Source: an uncultured delta proteobacterium (lineage in GTDB: Bacteria; Myxococcota; UBA727; VGSZ01). Taken from it: DNA of 64,000 nt. The first letter of the stretch is position 1. Each line of letters begins with the position of its first letter. The stretch is from the NCBI GenBank assembly GCA_963775425.1, contig CAVZJB010000005.1:704001-768000 (forward strand). Direction: 5' to 3'. A model generated the notes under the pieces. It saw nothing but the letters and a program-made list of their open reading frames with translations. It had not been told where the DNA came from and did no database searches. The position numbers were made by a program, and so were the translations under genes. This document shows positions 30,528 to 39,986 of this stretch, in pieces.

Positions 30528-30568
30528 CGGCCGACGCGGGGCCGCGGGGATCGGGATAGAAGCGGGCG

Positions 30569-31579
30569 ATGAAGGTGGGCGTGATGGGTGCGGGGGCCAT
30601 CGGCTGCTACGTGGGCGGCCGGCTGCTCGCGTCCGGTGTCGACGTCGTGCTGGTGGCCCGGGCCGCGCTCGTCGAGGAGCTGTCGCGCTTCGGCCTGCGC
30701 CTCACGGACCTCTACGGCGCCTCGCTCGACGTCGACGCGGCGCGCCTGTCGGAGTCCGGCGCGCTCGCCACCGACGCCGCCGCGCTCGCCGGCTGCGACG
30801 TCGTCATCGTCACGGTGAAGAGCGGCGACACCGCCGCCGCCGGCGCCGCGCTCGCGCCCGTGATGAAGGAGGGGGCCGTCGTCGTCAGCCTGCAAAACGG
30901 GGTGAGCAACCCGGCCGTGTTGAGGGAGGCGCTGCCGGGCCGCCGGGTGTTGGCGGCGATGGTGCCGTTCAACGTGCTGCGCAAGGGCGAGGGGCGCTTC
31001 CACCAGGGCACCGGCGGCGCCATCGCCGTCGAGCCCGGCGCCGGTGACCTCGTGGCGGCGCTCGTGAAGGCGGGTTTGCCGGCGGCGTCGCGTGCGGACA
31101 TCGAGCGCGTGCAGTGGGGGAAGCTCGTCGTCAACCTCAACAACGTCGTGAACGCGCTCGCCGGCGTCCCCATCCGCGAGATGCTGTTCGACATCGGCTA
31201 CCGGCGCGTGATGGCGGCCATGGTGCGCGAAGCGCTCGACGTGCTCGACGCCGCGGGCGTCGCCCCGCGCCTGGACCCGCCGCTGCCGCCGCCGTGGATC
31301 CCACGCATGCTCACGCTTCCGACCGCGCTGTTCCGCCTGGCCGCGCGGCCGATGCTCCGGGTGGACCCGCAGGCGCGCTCGTCCATGTGGGACGACCTGC
31401 AGCGCGGCCGCGTCACCGAGGTCGACGCGCTCAACGGCGCCGTCGTCGCGCTCGCGCGGAAGGTCGGCGCGGCGGCGCCGATCAACGAGCGTCTGGTGGC
31501 GCTCGCGAAGGCGGCGGAGGGCAAGGGCTCGCCGGGGCTGTCCGCCGAGGCGCTGGCGCGAGCGCTCGAGCCGACCTGA
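30569..31579 (+). CDS. panE: 2-dehydropantoate 2-reductase (ketopantoate reductase family)
   Basis: GAGAIG, TVKS, LQNG, WGKLVVNLNN, SSMWDDL, TEVDALNG. Confidence 0.9.
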   Translation: MKVGVMGAGAIGCYVGGRLLASGVDVVLVARAALVEELSRFGLRLTDLYGASLDVDAARLSESGALATDAAALAGCDVVIVTVKSGDTAAAGAALAPVMKEGAVVVSLQNGVSNPAVLREALPGRRVLAAMVPFNVLRKGEGRFHQGTGGAIAVEPGAGDLVAALVKAGLPAASRADIERVQWGKLVVNLNNVVNALAGVPIREMLFDIGYRRVMAAMVREALDVLDAAGVAPRLDPPLPPPWIPRMLTLPTALFRLAARPMLRVDPQARSSMWDDLQRGRVTEVDALNGAVVALARKVGAAAPINERLVALAKAAEGKGSPGLSAEALARALEPT

Positions 31580-31627
31580 GGGATCTCGCCCGCTCGACGT
31601 CGACGACGGCGTGCCTACGGTCCACCC

Positions 31628-32050
31628 ATGATCCGCACGTGTCCTTCCTGCGGCAAGAAGAACCGCGTCCCTGCCTCCCACCTCGCCGACAACGGCACGT
31701 GTGGGAGCTGCAAGAGCCCGCTGCCGGCGCTGGACGTGCCCATCGACGCGGACGCCACGCTCTTCGACGAGATCACGCGCGACGCCAAGGTGCCCGTGCT
31801 CGTCGACTTCTGGGCGGCGTGGTGCGGCCCGTGCCGCACGGCCGCGCCGCACGTGAAGGCCGTCGCCCACAAGATGAAGGGACGCGCGCTGGTGCTCAAG
31901 GTGGACACCGATCGCGACGGCGCGCTCGCCCAGCGCTTCGGCGTGCGCGGCATCCCGAACTTCGTGGTGCTCAAAGGCGGGCGCCCCGTGATGCAGCAGG
32001 CGGGCGCCGTGGACGCGGCGACGCTCGAGCGGTGGCTCGCAGGGGCGTGA
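31628..32050 (+). CDS. trxC: Thioredoxin 2 with N-terminal zinc finger
   Basis: CPSC..KNR..CGSC, VDFWAAWCGPC, VRGIP. Confidence 0.93.
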   Translation: MIRTCPSCGKKNRVPASHLADNGTCGSCKSPLPALDVPIDADATLFDEITRDAKVPVLVDFWAAWCGPCRTAAPHVKAVAHKMKGRALVLKVDTDRDGALAQRFGVRGIPNFVVLKGGRPVMQQAGAVDAATLERWLAGA

Positions 32051-32089
32051 CGCTTTGTCGGTCGCCGACGCGAGCGTGGCGCGCGCCGA

Positions 32090-32602
32090 TCAGCCGCGGA
32101 TCAGGTTCCGCGTGATCTCGATGAACAGCGCGCCGTCGAGGAACGACAGGTGGACGTCGCCGAACGCGACGTGCGCCCCCGGCTTGACCAGCACGGCCGC
32201 GCCCTCCTTCTGACCGGGGACGACGGCGTCGTCGACCTTGGTGCCGTTTTGCGAGCCGGCGTCCTGCAGGTAGAGGGCGCCTCCCTGCGGACGGAAGAAC
32301 GCGTGGAAGCGGGAGATGCTCGCCTCCGGGAGGTGGACGTCGTTGTTTTCGTGCCGTCCGACGGAGACGAACTCGAAGGTGGACTCGAGCCGGCGCCGCA
32401 CCGGATAGACCAACACCGGCGCCGCAGGAGAGCCCGGCCCGGCGAGGCTGCGCGTGCGCTGCTCCGCAGACGCCTGGCGGAGCTTGTCGGTGTCGAGGAG
32501 CAGGAACGCATCGCCGTGCCGGCGAATGAACGCCGCCGCGTCCAGGGTGCGCGCGTCGTCGGCGAGCGGCCCCAAAGCCGCGCCATTTCCGAACTGAACC
32601 AT
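32090..32602 (-). CDS. FHA domain-containing protein
   Basis: VGR..NND..SISRFHA..DAGSQNGT; TATGGT 6 nt before ATG 32602. Confidence 0.88.
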   Translation of the reverse strand: MVQFGNGAALGPLADDARTLDAAAFIRRHGDAFLLLDTDKLRQASAEQRTRSLAGPGSPAAPVLVYPVRRRLESTFEFVSVGRHENNDVHLPEASISRFHAFFRPQGGALYLQDAGSQNGTKVDDAVVPGQKEGAAVLVKPGAHVAFGDVHLSFLDGALFIEITRNLIRG

Positions 32603-32681
32603 GAGCGGACCATAGCGCGGCTGTCTCGTCGTGGTCCTCGTGGAAACACCCGCCGGCGGCGGCTCTGCTATGCGAAGCCAC

Positions 32682-33518
32682 ATGCGCGCTTCGCTCTTCC
32701 TCCTCGCTCCGCTCTGGGTCGCGTGTGGGCCCGTCGACGAGGCGCCGGGTGCGCCTGTCGCCCGCGGCGCCGCCGTCGGTCGCGCGTGCCTGTTCGGCGC
32801 GTGCACGCCGGCCGTGCGCGAGCCGTCCGTCGACGACGGCGCGCCCGTCGACGACGGCGCGCCCGTCGACGACGACGGCGGCGACGCGCTCACGAACAAC
32901 CGCCGCCGGCTCCTCGACGGCTACGCGGCCTCCCACGGCCTCGTCGACCGGTGCGGCGCGTGGGGCGCGCTCGACGACGGACAGCGCGGCGTGTTCCTCA
33001 CCATCACCGATCAGCTCGGCAGGCGATCGTGGCTCGGGCCCGGCGACAGCGCGCTCGACCATGTCGTTTCGCTGTACGCGGTGAACGGGAAGAAGCCGGG
33101 GGCGTTCGGCGGCTGCGGCGGCGGCGAGTACAACCGCGTCTTCTACGAGGCCGACGCCGCGCTGCTCGCCGCGTTCCGCGCGTCGGGCGACGGCCTGCCC
33201 GGGTGGCGCGACAGCCACGACCTCGCCGGCCCGCACGCGCCGTTCGATCAGAGCGACGAGACCGAGGCGGGCCAGCCCCGCGGACAGATCCAGTTCTTCA
33301 GCGCCGACGCCGCCGTCGTGGCGCTCGACCGAAACGGCGTCGAGGGCGTGGTGGACCCGCACGTCGTCGAGCACGACATCGACTACGACATCATCCACGA
33401 CAGTTGCCCGACGTGCCGTTACCTCGGCGGTACCGGCACCGAGCTGTACGCGGCGGTGTGGTCGTCGCTCGGCGACGGCGGCGATCCCGAATTCGACTAC
33501 AGCCCCACCTGCCCCTGA
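32682..33518 (+). CDS. Hypothetical Cys/His/Asp-rich lipoprotein
   Basis: MRASLFLLAPLWVA-C lipobox-like; VDDGAP repeats; globular C-domain with typical codon usage. Confidence 0.75.
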   Translation: MRASLFLLAPLWVACGPVDEAPGAPVARGAAVGRACLFGACTPAVREPSVDDGAPVDDGAPVDDDGGDALTNNRRRLLDGYAASHGLVDRCGAWGALDDGQRGVFLTITDQLGRRSWLGPGDSALDHVVSLYAVNGKKPGAFGGCGGGEYNRVFYEADAALLAAFRASGDGLPGWRDSHDLAGPHAPFDQSDETEAGQPRGQIQFFSADAAVVALDRNGVEGVVDPHVVEHDIDYDIIHDSCPTCRYLGGTGTELYAAVWSSLGDGGDPEFDYSPTCP

Positions 33519-33579
33519 CGCGCCTGGGCCGACCCGCGCCCGCTCCCTCCGGTCGCGTGACCCGCGCGAGCGCCGGCGA

Positions 33580-34614
33580 TCACCTCAAGGCGATGACGAA
33601 GTCGACGCGGCGGGCGTGCTCGACCGCGCCGCGGCCGACGGCGGACAGGCGGCGGGAGTCGAGCTTGGTCTTGTCGGCCAGCGCCCGGACGACGCTGGTG
33701 GCGCGGGCGGCGCTCTTGCCCCACTCGCTCTCGTTGCGGCGCGCGGTGTGGTCCGTGTGCGCGACGACGTCGATGTGGCCGCCGACGGGGCTGAGGGCGT
33801 CGCCGATCTCTTCGACGAGCGCCTCGCCGCGTCCCGTGAGCGCGGTGTGGTTGCCGGAGAACAGCGCCGCCGCCGGCACGCGCAAGCGCACGCCGGCGTC
33901 GTCGACGTCGATCCTGGCGCCGCTGCGCTCGAGGTCGCGCCCGAGCTTGGTCGTGAGCGCGTCGACGACGGCCTTCGCCTTCGCGCCCTTGTCCCCGGCG
34001 CCCTTGTCCCCGGCGCCCTTGTCCCCGGCGCCCTTGTCCCCGGCGCCCTTGTCCTCGGCGCCCGGCCGCTGCGGGACCGTCGCCGGCGCCGCGGGCTTGT
34101 CCGCCGCCGCGCGCAGGGACGCGATCTCCGCGTCCCTTTGCGCGAGCGCGTCGGTGAGGCTCTCGCGGTCGACGACGAGCGCGAGCACGGCCGCGACGCC
34201 GACGAGGACGGCGGCGCCCGTGGCGAGCCACGCCTGCGACGTGCGCTCGATGACCATCACGCCGCTCACCTCCGGGAGCGGGCGGGGCGCGGGCGCGGCG
34301 AAGAACGCGCGGGCCTTTCCCGTCACCGGGCCGGTGGGCCGCGCCAGCCGCGGGCGCTCGATCTTGTCGGTCTGAAACGGCACCGCCACCGTCGGCGCGG
34401 CCTCCTCGGGCGGGACGCTGTCCCCGTCGTGGCCGCCCTCCGCCACAGCGGCGTCGTCGGGGGCGGGGACCTTGTCGGTGGGCGACGCGTCGTCGTCGGC
34501 GACGATCTCGTCCGTGTCCCGGGGCGCGGCGTCGACGGGCGGCTCGCTGGCGTCCGCGCCCGGCGGGGGCGTCGACGGTTCAGGGGCCCGCTTGCCCGGA
34601 TCGCTCAGCTCCAT
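33580..34614 (-). CDS. OmpA/MotB-like peptidoglycan-binding membrane protein
   Basis: GGAGG SD; acidic N-terminus, TM, coiled coil, then LF..G..L, VAHTD, SAARA.SV, GRG, RRVDF. Confidence 0.82.
   Translation of the reverse strand: MELSDPGKRAPEPSTPPPGADASEPPVDAAPRDTDEIVADDDASPTDKVPAPDDAAVAEGGHDGDSVPPEEAAPTVAVPFQTDKIERPRLARPTGPVTGKARAFFAAPAPRPLPEVSGVMVIERTSQAWLATGAAVLVGVAAVLALVVDRESLTDALAQRDAEIASLRAAADKPAAPATVPQRPGAEDKGAGDKGAGDKGAGDKGAGDKGAKAKAVVDALTTKLGRDLERSGARIDVDDAGVRLRVPAAALFSGNHTALTGRGEALVEEIGDALSPVGGHIDVVAHTDHTARRNESEWGKSAARATSVVRALADKTKLDSRRLSAVGRGAVEHARRVDFVIALR
33986..34060. repeat. 15-bp tandem repeat x5 (CCCTTGTCCCCGGCG) encoding GDKGA repeats
   Basis: Four perfect copies plus one with a single mismatch. 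Confidence 0.95.
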
Positions 34615-34707
34615 GTCCCACCTCCGGCGCGGATGAAAGCGCGCTCACCGGCGCTCGGCCTCGGTGAAGAGGGGGACCCGAAGCGCGGCCGGAGGAGCGG
34701 CCGCCGC

Positions 34708-35247
34708 TCAGCGGTGAAATTCCGCCACGGACTCGACGGGGTGGAGCGTCTCGTACACACGGGTCCAGGCGATGCCGACGCCGAGCTTGTCGGCGGCGAC
34801 GTCGTAGAGCCACGCAGCGAGCCGCTCGCTCGTCGGCGAAAACGGGAACACGGCGACCTTCATGCCGCCGGCAAAGCGGTTCTCGGCGCCGCCGAGGCGC
34901 GTCACCACCGCGGGCGGTCCGGCGGTGCCCATCCCTGACGGGCGCGGGCCGTGCACGGCCGCGCGGCTGTCGACGAGCTTCTTGCCGAGCGCCTCGAGCT
35001 CCGCGGCCGTCTCGTCCCACGTCGCGGCGCCGACGGCCAACGCGTGATCGAGCAGGGCGTGCGCCGGCTGCAGCACCTCGGCGACGATGCGCTTGAAGTC
35101 GACGACGAAGCCCTCCTCGTCGAGGGACTCCGCCTCCGCGCAGATCTCGAGCTTCCACGTGTGGCCGTGCAGGTTGACGCACGCGCCGCTGTGGCCGCGC
35201 ACGTGGTGCGCGAAGCTGACATCGATGCTGCGCCAGATGCGATACAC
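34708..35247 (-). CDS. queD: 6-carboxytetrahydropterin / 6-pyruvoyl-tetrahydropterin synthase
   Basis: FAHH..H.GAC.NLHGHTW, VVDFK, LDH, PTSE.LA, VYET; long insertion after LDH. Confidence 0.88.
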   Translation of the reverse strand: MYRIWRSIDVSFAHHVRGHSGACVNLHGHTWKLEICAEAESLDEEGFVVDFKRIVAEVLQPAHALLDHALAVGAATWDETAAELEALGKKLVDSRAAVHGPRPSGMGTAGPPAVVTRLGGAENRFAGGMKVAVFPFSPTSERLAAWLYDVAADKLGVGIAWTRVYETLHPVESVAEFHR

Positions 35248-35301
35248 GCCCGGCAGCCTGGCATCTCGCTCGCCGCCCGCAACGGGGTTACTCTCGCTGC
35301 C

Positions 35302-36867
35302 GTGAACGCCGCCGCCGCCGTCGTCTTCGTGCTCCTGGCCGGACAGGTGCATTTCCCCTCGGACGAGCCCGCCGATCCGTTCGCCGGCAAGACCGAGGCC
35401 GACGCGCTCGCGTCGCTGCGCTCCCTCGAGGCGCGGCTCTCCCTCGGGCAGACGGCGCCGCCGGCGGAGGCGGCGCAGCTCGTCGCCGCGCTGCACGCGA
35501 GCCCGTACACGTCGGTGCGCGCGCTGTCGGGCGCGGTGCTCGCGTGGCTCGACCCGTCCACCGCGCAGAAGCCTCTCGTCGACGCGCTCAAGGACAAAGA
35601 GCCCCGCGTGCGCGCCGTCGCCGCGCAGTCGCTCCTGTCGCTCGCCCGCCGCTTCGACGAGGAGCAGCGGCGCGACGTCGTCACCGCTGCGCTCGCCGCC
35701 CTCGACGACCCCTCCGACGAGGTCGCCTGCGCCGCCAGCGAGCTCCTGGGCGCGCTGTCGCCGTCGGCGGCGGCGGACGCCATGCGCGCGCGCGCCGATC
35801 ACGCCGACGACGTCCGCTACGCCTGCTTCAGCCGCGTCGCCGGCCTGCCCACGCGCGCGGTGGAGCTGCCGCCGCTGCCGTCGTTGGCGCCGGAGAAGCC
35901 GGAGGAGCCCAAGAAGTCCCCCGCGCCGCGCCCGGAGAAGCCCGCGGCGCCGCCCGACGACGGCACGTGGTTGTTCGTCGGCGCGGCGGCGTCGGCAGGG
36001 CTCGTGGCGGGAGGCGTCCTGCCGAGCGCGTTCCTGCCGTCGCGCGACGTGCTGCTCTACACGGAGGCGCGGACCAAGCTGACCCACGAGGAGGTCGCCT
36101 TTCCGTCGCAGGCCGGGGCCGGCCTCCTCGGCGCGGCGGCGCTCGGCGGCGGCGCATACGCGCTGTCGACGTTCGTCAGGCCGCTGTCCCTCGACGAGGC
36201 CGGCGCCGTCGCCATCGGCGCGGGCGCGCTCGGTCTCGCGGGCGCGTCGTCGCAGCTCGCGTTCGCGCTGCGCGAGGGGCCGGCGTCGTTCGTCATCGCG
36301 GGCAGCCTCGTGGCCGGCGTCTTCGGCTCGGCCGGGCTCGCCTACGGCTTCAGGCTCGACGCCGACGACGAGGTGCTCGCGGCGTCGTTCGCGGGCGTGG
36401 GCGCGCTCGCGGCGGGGACCGCGGTGTTCGCGGCGGTGCCCGTGGGCCTCGCCAACGTCGGCGGCGCGCAGCGCATCGACTTCGGCCTCGGCGTCATCGG
36501 CCTGGGCGCCGGCGCCACGTCGTTTTTCGCCCTCGCGAGCGGCGCGTTCCTCGACGTGAGGCCGGCGCGATCGTTCGCCATCCTCGCCGGCGCCGCGGCC
36601 GGGGGCGGGCTCGGCCTCGCGGGCGGCTTCCTGTTGACGCCCACCAGCGACGTCAAGTCGCGCATCGCCTGCGGCATCGGCCTCGGTGGCGAGCTCCTCG
36701 GCATCACCGCGGCCCTCCTCGTCCCCGACGATTGGCTGCCGCACGACGTCGTCCCGGCCGTGGGCACCGCCGTGTCCGTCGACGGCGGCAAGGTCGCGCT
36801 CGGCATTCCCCTGATCGTCGCCGTCGACGACGGCGTCGGCGCCACGCTCGTGCGCGCGCGGTTTTGA
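35302..36867 (+). CDS. Exported HEAT-repeat protein with Gly/Ala-rich hydrophobic C-terminal region
   Basis: Signal-like N-terminus; LVDALKDKEPRVR.VAA and ALDDPSDEV HEAT repeats; Pro/Lys linker; many Gly-rich helices; TACTCT 7 nt before GTG. Confidence 0.78.
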   Translation: MNAAAAVVFVLLAGQVHFPSDEPADPFAGKTEADALASLRSLEARLSLGQTAPPAEAAQLVAALHASPYTSVRALSGAVLAWLDPSTAQKPLVDALKDKEPRVRAVAAQSLLSLARRFDEEQRRDVVTAALAALDDPSDEVACAASELLGALSPSAAADAMRARADHADDVRYACFSRVAGLPTRAVELPPLPSLAPEKPEEPKKSPAPRPEKPAAPPDDGTWLFVGAAASAGLVAGGVLPSAFLPSRDVLLYTEARTKLTHEEVAFPSQAGAGLLGAAALGGGAYALSTFVRPLSLDEAGAVAIGAGALGLAGASSQLAFALREGPASFVIAGSLVAGVFGSAGLAYGFRLDADDEVLAASFAGVGALAAGTAVFAAVPVGLANVGGAQRIDFGLGVIGLGAGATSFFALASGAFLDVRPARSFAILAGAAAGGGLGLAGGFLLTPTSDVKSRIACGIGLGGELLGITAALLVPDDWLPHDVVPAVGTAVSVDGGKVALGIPLIVAVDDGVGATLVRARF

Positions 36868-36868
36868 G

Positions 36869-37342
36869 GTGAAGCGCTTTTCGCGCCCTCTCGGCGGAGT
36901 CGCGTGCGCCGCCGCGAGCGTCGCCCTGTGCGCCTGCGCGCCCGCCGGCGACGGCCCCGGCGAGACGGTGGCCACCATCCAGGTGTTCACGCCGCTGCCG
37001 GCCTCGCTCACGCCGACGACGCCGCTCACCTTCCACCTCGAGCTCATCGCGCCCGGCGACGCGCAGCTCTCGGCGCGCTTGCACTTCCTGGGCGCGCACC
37101 GCGACGACACCCTCGACCTGACGCCGACGGACGGGCCGGCTCGCTCCGCCAACCTCCAGGTGGAGGCCGGCGACCTCGGCGTCGACGAGCAGACCTTCAT
37201 CGGCGCCACGCCGGTGGCCATCTTCCAAGACGCCGAAGACGAGGGGGACGAGCTCGACTACCTCGTGGCCACGCCGGCCGAAGAGGGCCTCGTCGACGTG
37301 CGGCGCTCGCGCCCCGACGAAGCGCCGCCGAGCCGAACGTGA
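36869..37342 (+). CDS. Hypothetical lipoprotein
   Basis: Starts 1 nt after upstream stop; VALCA-C lipobox-like. Confidence 0.65.
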   Translation: MKRFSRPLGGVACAAASVALCACAPAGDGPGETVATIQVFTPLPASLTPTTPLTFHLELIAPGDAQLSARLHFLGAHRDDTLDLTPTDGPARSANLQVEAGDLGVDEQTFIGATPVAIFQDAEDEGDELDYLVATPAEEGLVDVRRSRPDEAPPSRT

Positions 37343-37392
37343 GGGCGCCGGCGGCGTTGGCGCTCGCTCGTTGGCGGGGTAGACAAGGGACC

Positions 37393-38895
37393 ATGTGGAG
37401 CAGATGCATCCCCGTCGTCGCCGCCGTCGCCGTCACCGGCGTTGTCGTCGCAGGCGCGTGCCAGACGGCGGCGCCGGCCCCGCAGGTGGTCGCCGCGCCG
37501 GCCGCTCCGCCGCCGCCCGACGTCGATGCCGCCGCGCTGTGCCAGGTGAAGGCCGAGATCGACGACGCCGCGAGCCGCTTGAAGCTCGCCGAGCTGCGCA
37601 CCCGCCTCGAGCGAAGGGCGCCCACCGACCGGGCCGCGCAGTTCGGCGCGTACCTGAGCATCCAAAACGAGCAGGACCGCTTCCACGCGTTCCACGACGA
37701 CGGCGTGCAGCACCCCGCGAGCGCGGTGGGCCCGCTCGGCGAGTGCTTCGTGTACTCCGCGTGGAAGATGGGCGACCAGGCCACCGGCCGCTGCCAGATG
37801 GCCGACGACCGCCTGCAGGGCGCCGCCATCGTCGACGTCGCCCGCGCCGAGCTCAACCGCAAGAAGGGCGCGCTCGACCAGGCGCAGACCCTCATCGACA
37901 ACGCCCTGTCCAACGACGCCGGCTGCGCGGCCGCGCTCATCGAGGCCGCGCGCATCCAGCAGGCGAGGGGTGACAACGACAAGGCGCTCGCGCAGTGGGA
38001 GCGCGCGCGCAAGGCGTGGCCGGGCTGCTTCCTGTGCGCCGTCGAGGCCGCCAAGCTCACCGAGCGCGGCAGCGGCGGCAAGCAGGCGGCGGTGCCGCTG
38101 TGGGAGGCGGCCCTCGCGCTCCAGCCGGACTCGGGCGAGGCGCTCAAGCGCTACGGCGCCGCGCTCGCGGGCAGCGACGACGACAAGGCGCTCGCGGCCT
38201 ACGAGCGGGCCATCGCCGCCGGCCAGAACGACGTCGCCACGTACATGGGCGCGGCGCAGCTCGCGGCCGGCAAGGGCGACGTCGACAAGGCGATGGCGCT
38301 CGCCGAGGAGGCCGCCAAGGTCCAGCCCAACGAGATCGACGCGTGGCGCGAGGTGCTCGCGCTCGCGCAGAACAAGGGCGACGGCGACAGGGCGGTGGCG
38401 GCGGCCAAGGAGATCCTGCGGCTCGTCGACGAAGACGTGCCCGCGCTCCTGGTGCTCGGCGCCGACGCCCGCGCCAAGGGCGACCTCGTGAACGCCGTCA
38501 TCCGCTACGACAAGGCCGCCGCCGCCATCGCCGCCGGCCGCACCGGCTCCCTCCCCGCCGACGCGCTCGAGAAGGCCAAGGCCGATCACGACCAGCTCTT
38601 GAAGGATCTGAACGTCGCGGACCGGCCCGCCAAGGGCAGCGCCGGCGGCGTGGTGAGCGCGGTGAAACGAACGGTGCAGGGCCTGTACGTCTCGCGGCTC
38701 AAGAAAAAGAAGGGCATGAAGGGGAGTATCGAGGTGGCCGTGGTGGTTTCCGAGGCCGGCACGGTGGACGACGTCGAGATCACCAAGGACACTCTCGGCG
38801 ACCCCCCGGTCACCGCCAGCGTCGTCGCGAACCTCCGGCGGGCGACGATCACGGGCGGGGCAAAACGGTATTCGTTTCAAATGGACTTCCAATGA
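37393..38895 (+). CDS. TPR-repeat lipoprotein with TonB-C/AgmX-PglI-like C-terminal domain
   Basis: VVAGA-C lipobox; tandem TPR helices; Y..RLK....GSIEV.VVV...G.V.DVEI C-terminal domain. Confidence 0.82.
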   Translation: MWSRCIPVVAAVAVTGVVVAGACQTAAPAPQVVAAPAAPPPPDVDAAALCQVKAEIDDAASRLKLAELRTRLERRAPTDRAAQFGAYLSIQNEQDRFHAFHDDGVQHPASAVGPLGECFVYSAWKMGDQATGRCQMADDRLQGAAIVDVARAELNRKKGALDQAQTLIDNALSNDAGCAAALIEAARIQQARGDNDKALAQWERARKAWPGCFLCAVEAAKLTERGSGGKQAAVPLWEAALALQPDSGEALKRYGAALAGSDDDKALAAYERAIAAGQNDVATYMGAAQLAAGKGDVDKAMALAEEAAKVQPNEIDAWREVLALAQNKGDGDRAVAAAKEILRLVDEDVPALLVLGADARAKGDLVNAVIRYDKAAAAIAAGRTGSLPADALEKAKADHDQLLKDLNVADRPAKGSAGGVVSAVKRTVQGLYVSRLKKKKGMKGSIEVAVVVSEAGTVDDVEITKDTLGDPPVTASVVANLRRATITGGAKRYSFQMDFQ

Positions 38896-39986
38896 GCAGC
38901 CTCGAGAAGAAGATCGGCGTCTCCGTGGTCAAGCACGAGACCAAGAAGGTGCCGAAGCGCCCCATGCGCGTGGCCGTCGTCGGCGCCACCGGTGTGGTCG
39001 GTCGGGAGACGCTCTCCATCCTCCACGCGCGCGCGTTCCCGCTGCGGTCCTTGACGGCGTACGCCTCGGAGCGCTCCGCCGGGGAGCGCGTGCCGTTCGG
39101 CGACAGCGAGCTCGAGGTGAAGAAGCTCGAGGGTGACGCGTTCAAGGACACGGACCTCGTGTTCTTCGCCGCGTCCGGCGGCATCTCGAAGACGTGGGCG
39201 CCGCGGGCGGCGGAGGCGGGAGCCGTGTGCATCGACAAGTCGTCGAGCTTCCGCATGGATCCCGACGTGCCGCTGGTCGTCCCCGAGGTGAACGGCTACG
39301 CCCTCGCGGACTTCAAGAAGAAGCGCATCATCGCCACGCCCAACTGCTCGACCATCCAGATGGTGCAGGCGTTGGCGCCGTTGCACAGGAAGGCCCGCGT
39401 CGAGCGCGTGGTCGTCTGCACCTACCAGGCCGTGAGCGGCGCCGGCCGCGGCGGCATCGACGAGCTCGAGACGCAGGTGCGCGACATGTTCAATCTGCGC
39501 GAGCCCAAGATCGCCGTGTTCGATCAGCGCATCGCGTTCAACGCGTTGCCGCGCATCCCGGCCAAGGACCCCATCCCCGCCGACGGCACCACCGGCGAAG
39601 AGAAGAAGATGATCGAGGAGACCAGGAAGATCCTCGAGGCGCCGGCCATGCGCGTGGGTGTCACGTGCGTGCGCGTGCCGGTGTTCAACGCGCACTCGGA
39701 GGCCGTGCACGTCGAGCTGTCGCAGGCGCTGTCGGCGGAGGAGGCGCGCGCTCTCATCGGCGCCGAGCCCAACGTCCTCGTCGTCGACGACCGCGCGCTC
39801 GGCCTGTACCCCACGGCGGAGGACGCGAGCGGCGAGGACAAGACCCTCGTCGGGCGCGTCCGCCAGGACGACAGCGTGCCCGACGGCAAGGGCATCGCCT
39901 TCTGGGTGGTGAGCGACAACCTGCGCACGGGCGCCGCGCTCAACGCCGTTCGCATCGCGGAGGCCTTGTGCGCAGAACACCTCTGA
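38892..39986 (+). CDS. asd: Aspartate-semialdehyde dehydrogenase
   Basis: VVGATGVVG, ID.SS.FRM..DVPLVVPEVN, PNCST, TYQAVSGAG, CVRVPV..HSE, DNLR.GAA.N. Confidence 0.97.
   Translation: MSSLEKKIGVSVVKHETKKVPKRPMRVAVVGATGVVGRETLSILHARAFPLRSLTAYASERSAGERVPFGDSELEVKKLEGDAFKDTDLVFFAASGGISKTWAPRAAEAGAVCIDKSSSFRMDPDVPLVVPEVNGYALADFKKKRIIATPNCSTIQMVQALAPLHRKARVERVVVCTYQAVSGAGRGGIDELETQVRDMFNLREPKIAVFDQRIAFNALPRIPAKDPIPADGTTGEEKKMIEETRKILEAPAMRVGVTCVRVPVFNAHSEAVHVELSQALSAEEARALIGAEPNVLVVDDRALGLYPTAEDASGEDKTLVGRVRQDDSVPDGKGIAFWVVSDNLRTGAALNAVRIAEALCAEHL

Noticed and set aside
33986-34060. Tandem repeats (15-bp, GE and collagen tracts) as a possible CRISPR array
   Set aside because: No unique spacers, all are in-frame coding repeats, and no cas genes are present
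34708-35247. queD as part of a 7-deazaguanine DNA-modification (dpd) island
   Set aside because: No queC, queE, folE, tgt/dpdA or other dpd genes nearby
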